DNA from: Amoebophrya sp. A120 | Lineage: Eukaryota > Protista > Dinoflagellata | Length of the DNA: 64,000 nt | Direction: 5' to 3' | NCBI GenBank assembly: GCA_905178155.1 | Contig: CAJINV010000023.1 | Span: 212,722 to 276,721, forward strand | Shown here: positions 63,201 to 64,000 of the stretch, piece by piece | Layout of the letters: each line of letters starts with the position of its first letter | How positions within the stretch are numbered: position 1 is the first letter of the stretch | Notes under the pieces: generated by a model | What the model saw: only the letters and a program-made list of their open reading frames with translations | Told to the model about the DNA's origin: nothing | Databases searched by the model: none | Program-made: the position numbers and the translations under genes

Positions 63201-64000
63201 CGCCGCCTAGTGAAGAATGCCTTGTGGTCTGTCAAAGTCTACGCGGGCGCTTCCTATTGCGTGGCTTTTTGACGATTTCCCACGCGAGAGAATCGCTGTA
63301 AATAGCCGCAGGCTCATACTGTATGTAATGCCCTCATATCATAGCTGTGGGTGGTGCTAGGAGGTTTCGTTTAGCGCGCCCATTGTGTATCAAGTTGGAA
63401 CTCCTGGGAAGTCAAACTGTCATGCAAAAATGGAGAAGGTCTGGGTCAAGTAGAAGAACCTCGGCCTGCGGCTGCTCGTTGGAGCCCTTTTGTATATGCT
63501 TGGCTTCAGTCGCAAAAAACCACACAGCAGATGCTCGCGCAATGTTTGAGAAGATCTTCAGCGCAAAGCACTATTCCTCATCCATTGTGGCACCCTTTTC
63601 CTCGTGAGTGTGATGTATGAACAATGTAGGGTTTCTATTCGAGGACAGCACTATGAAAAGTAGGGACGAAGAGGACAGACCTCCTGCGGCCTCCTCTAGT
63701 TGTCCGGCGCTCTCGTCGGAATGGATGGCAGCTGGACATAAGTGCACCCCTCCTGTTGGACATTGGCCGACGCTGCTGCGGCCGTTTCCGCTGCATAGCT
63801 GCATCCTCGACGAACTTTTCTCGTCGCTACGCAACTCCCACTCCACCCGCCAAGGAAGCGTCGCGCATTACAGTAAACGAAAACACGAGACGGCGAAGGC
63901 CGTTGCCCTCGTGTATCTTTTTCGCCCTGTAGCTGTAACCAAGACGCAGAATAGGGACGCTCCAGCCTTTCGCGTGCGCTTTTTTCTTACAGCGGGCGCC

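Noticed and set aside
1-64000. Dinoflagellate spliced-leader relics, tRNA or rRNA genes
   Set aside because: None recognised by eye; tRNAscan-SE, Infernal and an exact SL search would be needed to exclude them.

Overview
This is eukaryotic nuclear DNA, not prokaryotic. Protein-coding genes on the + strand are cut into short exons by about 45 non-autonomous elements, mostly 145-340 bp. Each element has terminal inverted repeats starting TAT and ending ATA, and is flanked by a 5-bp direct repeat (TSD). Most lack GT-AG ends, yet removing one element plus one TSD copy restores an open frame at every junction I checked. They therefore behave as transposon-derived, non-canonical introns (introners). 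This architecture matches what has been described for the parasitic dinoflagellate Amoebophrya, but the species assignment is my inference. I reconstructed by hand a 23-exon OCA2/P-protein-like transporter gene (15880-25013, 1032 aa, 21 introners plus 1 GT-AG intron), a 7-exon PAP2-superfamily phosphatase gene (6630-10468, 728 aa) and several hypothetical genes. Further observations: near-identical introners lie in opposite orientations within one gene; filled and empty paralogous sites directly show the 5-bp TSD; TSD divergence places the splice junction inside the TSD; unrelated families share a TTGT(C/A/G)ATGC motif. The window also holds intergenic patchworks of genomic gene fragments joined at 41-42-bp motifs, PIF/Harbinger-like MITEs, a 116-bp hairpin array nested inside an introner, and two 307/308-bp satellite families. 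I recognised no transposase, rRNA, tRNA or CRISPR array.
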